IMG/VR virus record: IMGVR_UViG_3300045988_107913 | From: a virus | Strand: one strand, 5' to 3' | DNA length: 41,807 nucleotides | Shown here: piece after piece, positions 41,137 to 41,807 of the stretch | How positions within the stretch are numbered: the stretch's first letter is position 1 | How the letters are laid out: each line of letters begins with the position of its first letter | The notes under the pieces: generated by a model | Databases searched by the model: none | Told to the model about the DNA's origin: nothing | What the model saw: only the letters and a program-made list of their open reading frames with translations | Program-made: the position numbers and the translations under genes

Positions 41137-41163
41137 GGCGGGAAAACTCAAAGGAGGTGCGGA

Positions 41164-41280
41164 ATGACATTATTCGGAGCAGGATTTATCAGCGGCGGTT
41201 TTGTGGTTTTTGTGGCTATGTGCGTAGCAGCACTGAGGACCAATGAGAAGAAAGAGACGGAGGAGAAAAACGATGTGTAG
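41164..41280 (+). CDS. 38-aa single-TM peptide
   Basis: AAAGGAGGTG RBS. MTLFGAGFISGGFVVFVAMCVAAL followed by a charged tail. Confidence 0.5.
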   Translation: MTLFGAGFISGGFVVFVAMCVAALRTNEKKETEEKNDV

Positions 41281-41807
41281 ATTTAAGAGCGGCATTATCT
41301 TGAAAAACAAGGTGGTTGTGGCACCTGGCGCGAACGATAGCCATTCGGACTTGCTGGAGAGCCTTGGAATCAAGGATGATTACTTCGGCGCAACGAATGT
41401 GTTTGTAAGAGCCGAGCTAGTTCCGGTCAATGATGAATGGTGGATTGACCCGGCAGAAGAACCAGACAAATGGCGGTTTATAGTAGATCAGGACATGAGA
41501 CCGGAGTGGTTTGACGAGAGCGAGCATGAGAAGATTTTTCGGGAAGCTGTCTGCGACTGGTGGAAAGAACATGTACTGGTGGATCAGAAACTGGAAGAGC
41601 TGTCAAGCGGATACTATTGTCTAAAGCGCTGCGAGGTTAAAAAGCTGCTGAACGATGTAAAGGTACTGTTGGACAGCTCACAGGTCGGCGAGATGTGGGG
41701 CAGCTCACTGGTCGGAGCGATGCGGGGCAGCTCACAGGTCGGCGAGATGCGGGGAAGCTCACAGGTCGGCGAGATGTGGGGAAGCTCACAGGTCGGCGAG
41801 ATGTGGG
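41273..41807 (+). CDS. 5' part of the junction-spanning nonapeptide-repeat protein (no stop in window; continues at 1-243)
   Basis: ATG 41273 overlaps the previous stop (ATGTGTAG). A ~130-aa N-terminal domain is followed by GSSQVGEMW repeats from 41672. The frame is open to the window end. Confidence 0.8.
   Translation, partial: MCRFKSGIILKNKVVVAPGANDSHSDLLESLGIKDDYFGATNVFVRAELVPVNDEWWIDPAEEPDKWRFIVDQDMRPEWFDESEHEKIFREAVCDWWKEHVLVDQKLEELSSGYYCLKRCEVKKLLNDVKVLLDSSQVGEMWGSSLVGAMRGSSQVGEMRGSSQVGEMWGSSQVGEMW
41672..41807 (+). repeat. 27-bp tandem repeat, five units at the window end
   Basis: Units 41672-98, 41699-725, 41726-52, 41753-79 and 41780-806. The last two plus 1 nt equal nt 1-55. Confidence 0.95.

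Larger units (their letters stand above)
1..41807. mobile_element. Complete temperate siphovirus-type phage genome, circular contig (unique length 41,752 bp)
   Basis: nt 1-55 are identical to nt 41753-41807. An ORF continues in frame across the junction. All phage modules are present (lysogeny, recombination, packaging, head, tail, attP). Confidence 0.9.

Overview
The window is one complete, circularly closed genome of a temperate siphovirus-type phage or excised prophage. The host is probably a Firmicutes/Clostridia bacterium, judging from RBS style, cell-wall-binding repeats in the lysin and the gene families present. The first 55 nt (1-55) are identical to the last 55 nt (41753-41807), so the unique length is 41,752 bp, and one ORF reads across the junction.

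Gene order on the circle:
- Lysogeny module on the minus strand (35473-39102): integrase, accessory membrane proteins, ImmA-like protease, cI-like repressor.
- Genetic switch with two consensus promoters facing each other (39147-39282).
- Rightward early genes (39309 through the junction to about 9300): Cro-like protein, small ORFs, a nonapeptide-repeat protein, a Gp157/Erf/NinB-like/resolvase recombination module, a replication-organiser-like gene with internal iterons, Cys-rich micro-ORFs, an RHH protein, a second tyrosine recombinase, an ASCH-like protein and an HTH protein.
- ParB-DNA methyltransferase fusion, then large terminase, portal, head, connector, tail, tape measure and fibre genes (9484-33715).
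- A small accessory operon next to attP (34475-35260).

Unusual points:
- A roughly 3.3 kb island of separately terminated accessory genes, a structured non-coding region and a CAU tRNA sit inside the head module.
- The lysis genes are dispersed inside the morphogenesis operon.
- An acr-aca-like operon has a consensus promoter carrying a palindromic operator.
- Palindromic AAACCA(S)TGGTTT sites occur in pairs 23 bp apart.
- attP carries a tRNA 3'-end mimic flanked by five GTGTTGCA arm-type repeats.

All functional calls rest on motifs I recognise by eye and on synteny. No database search was possible.
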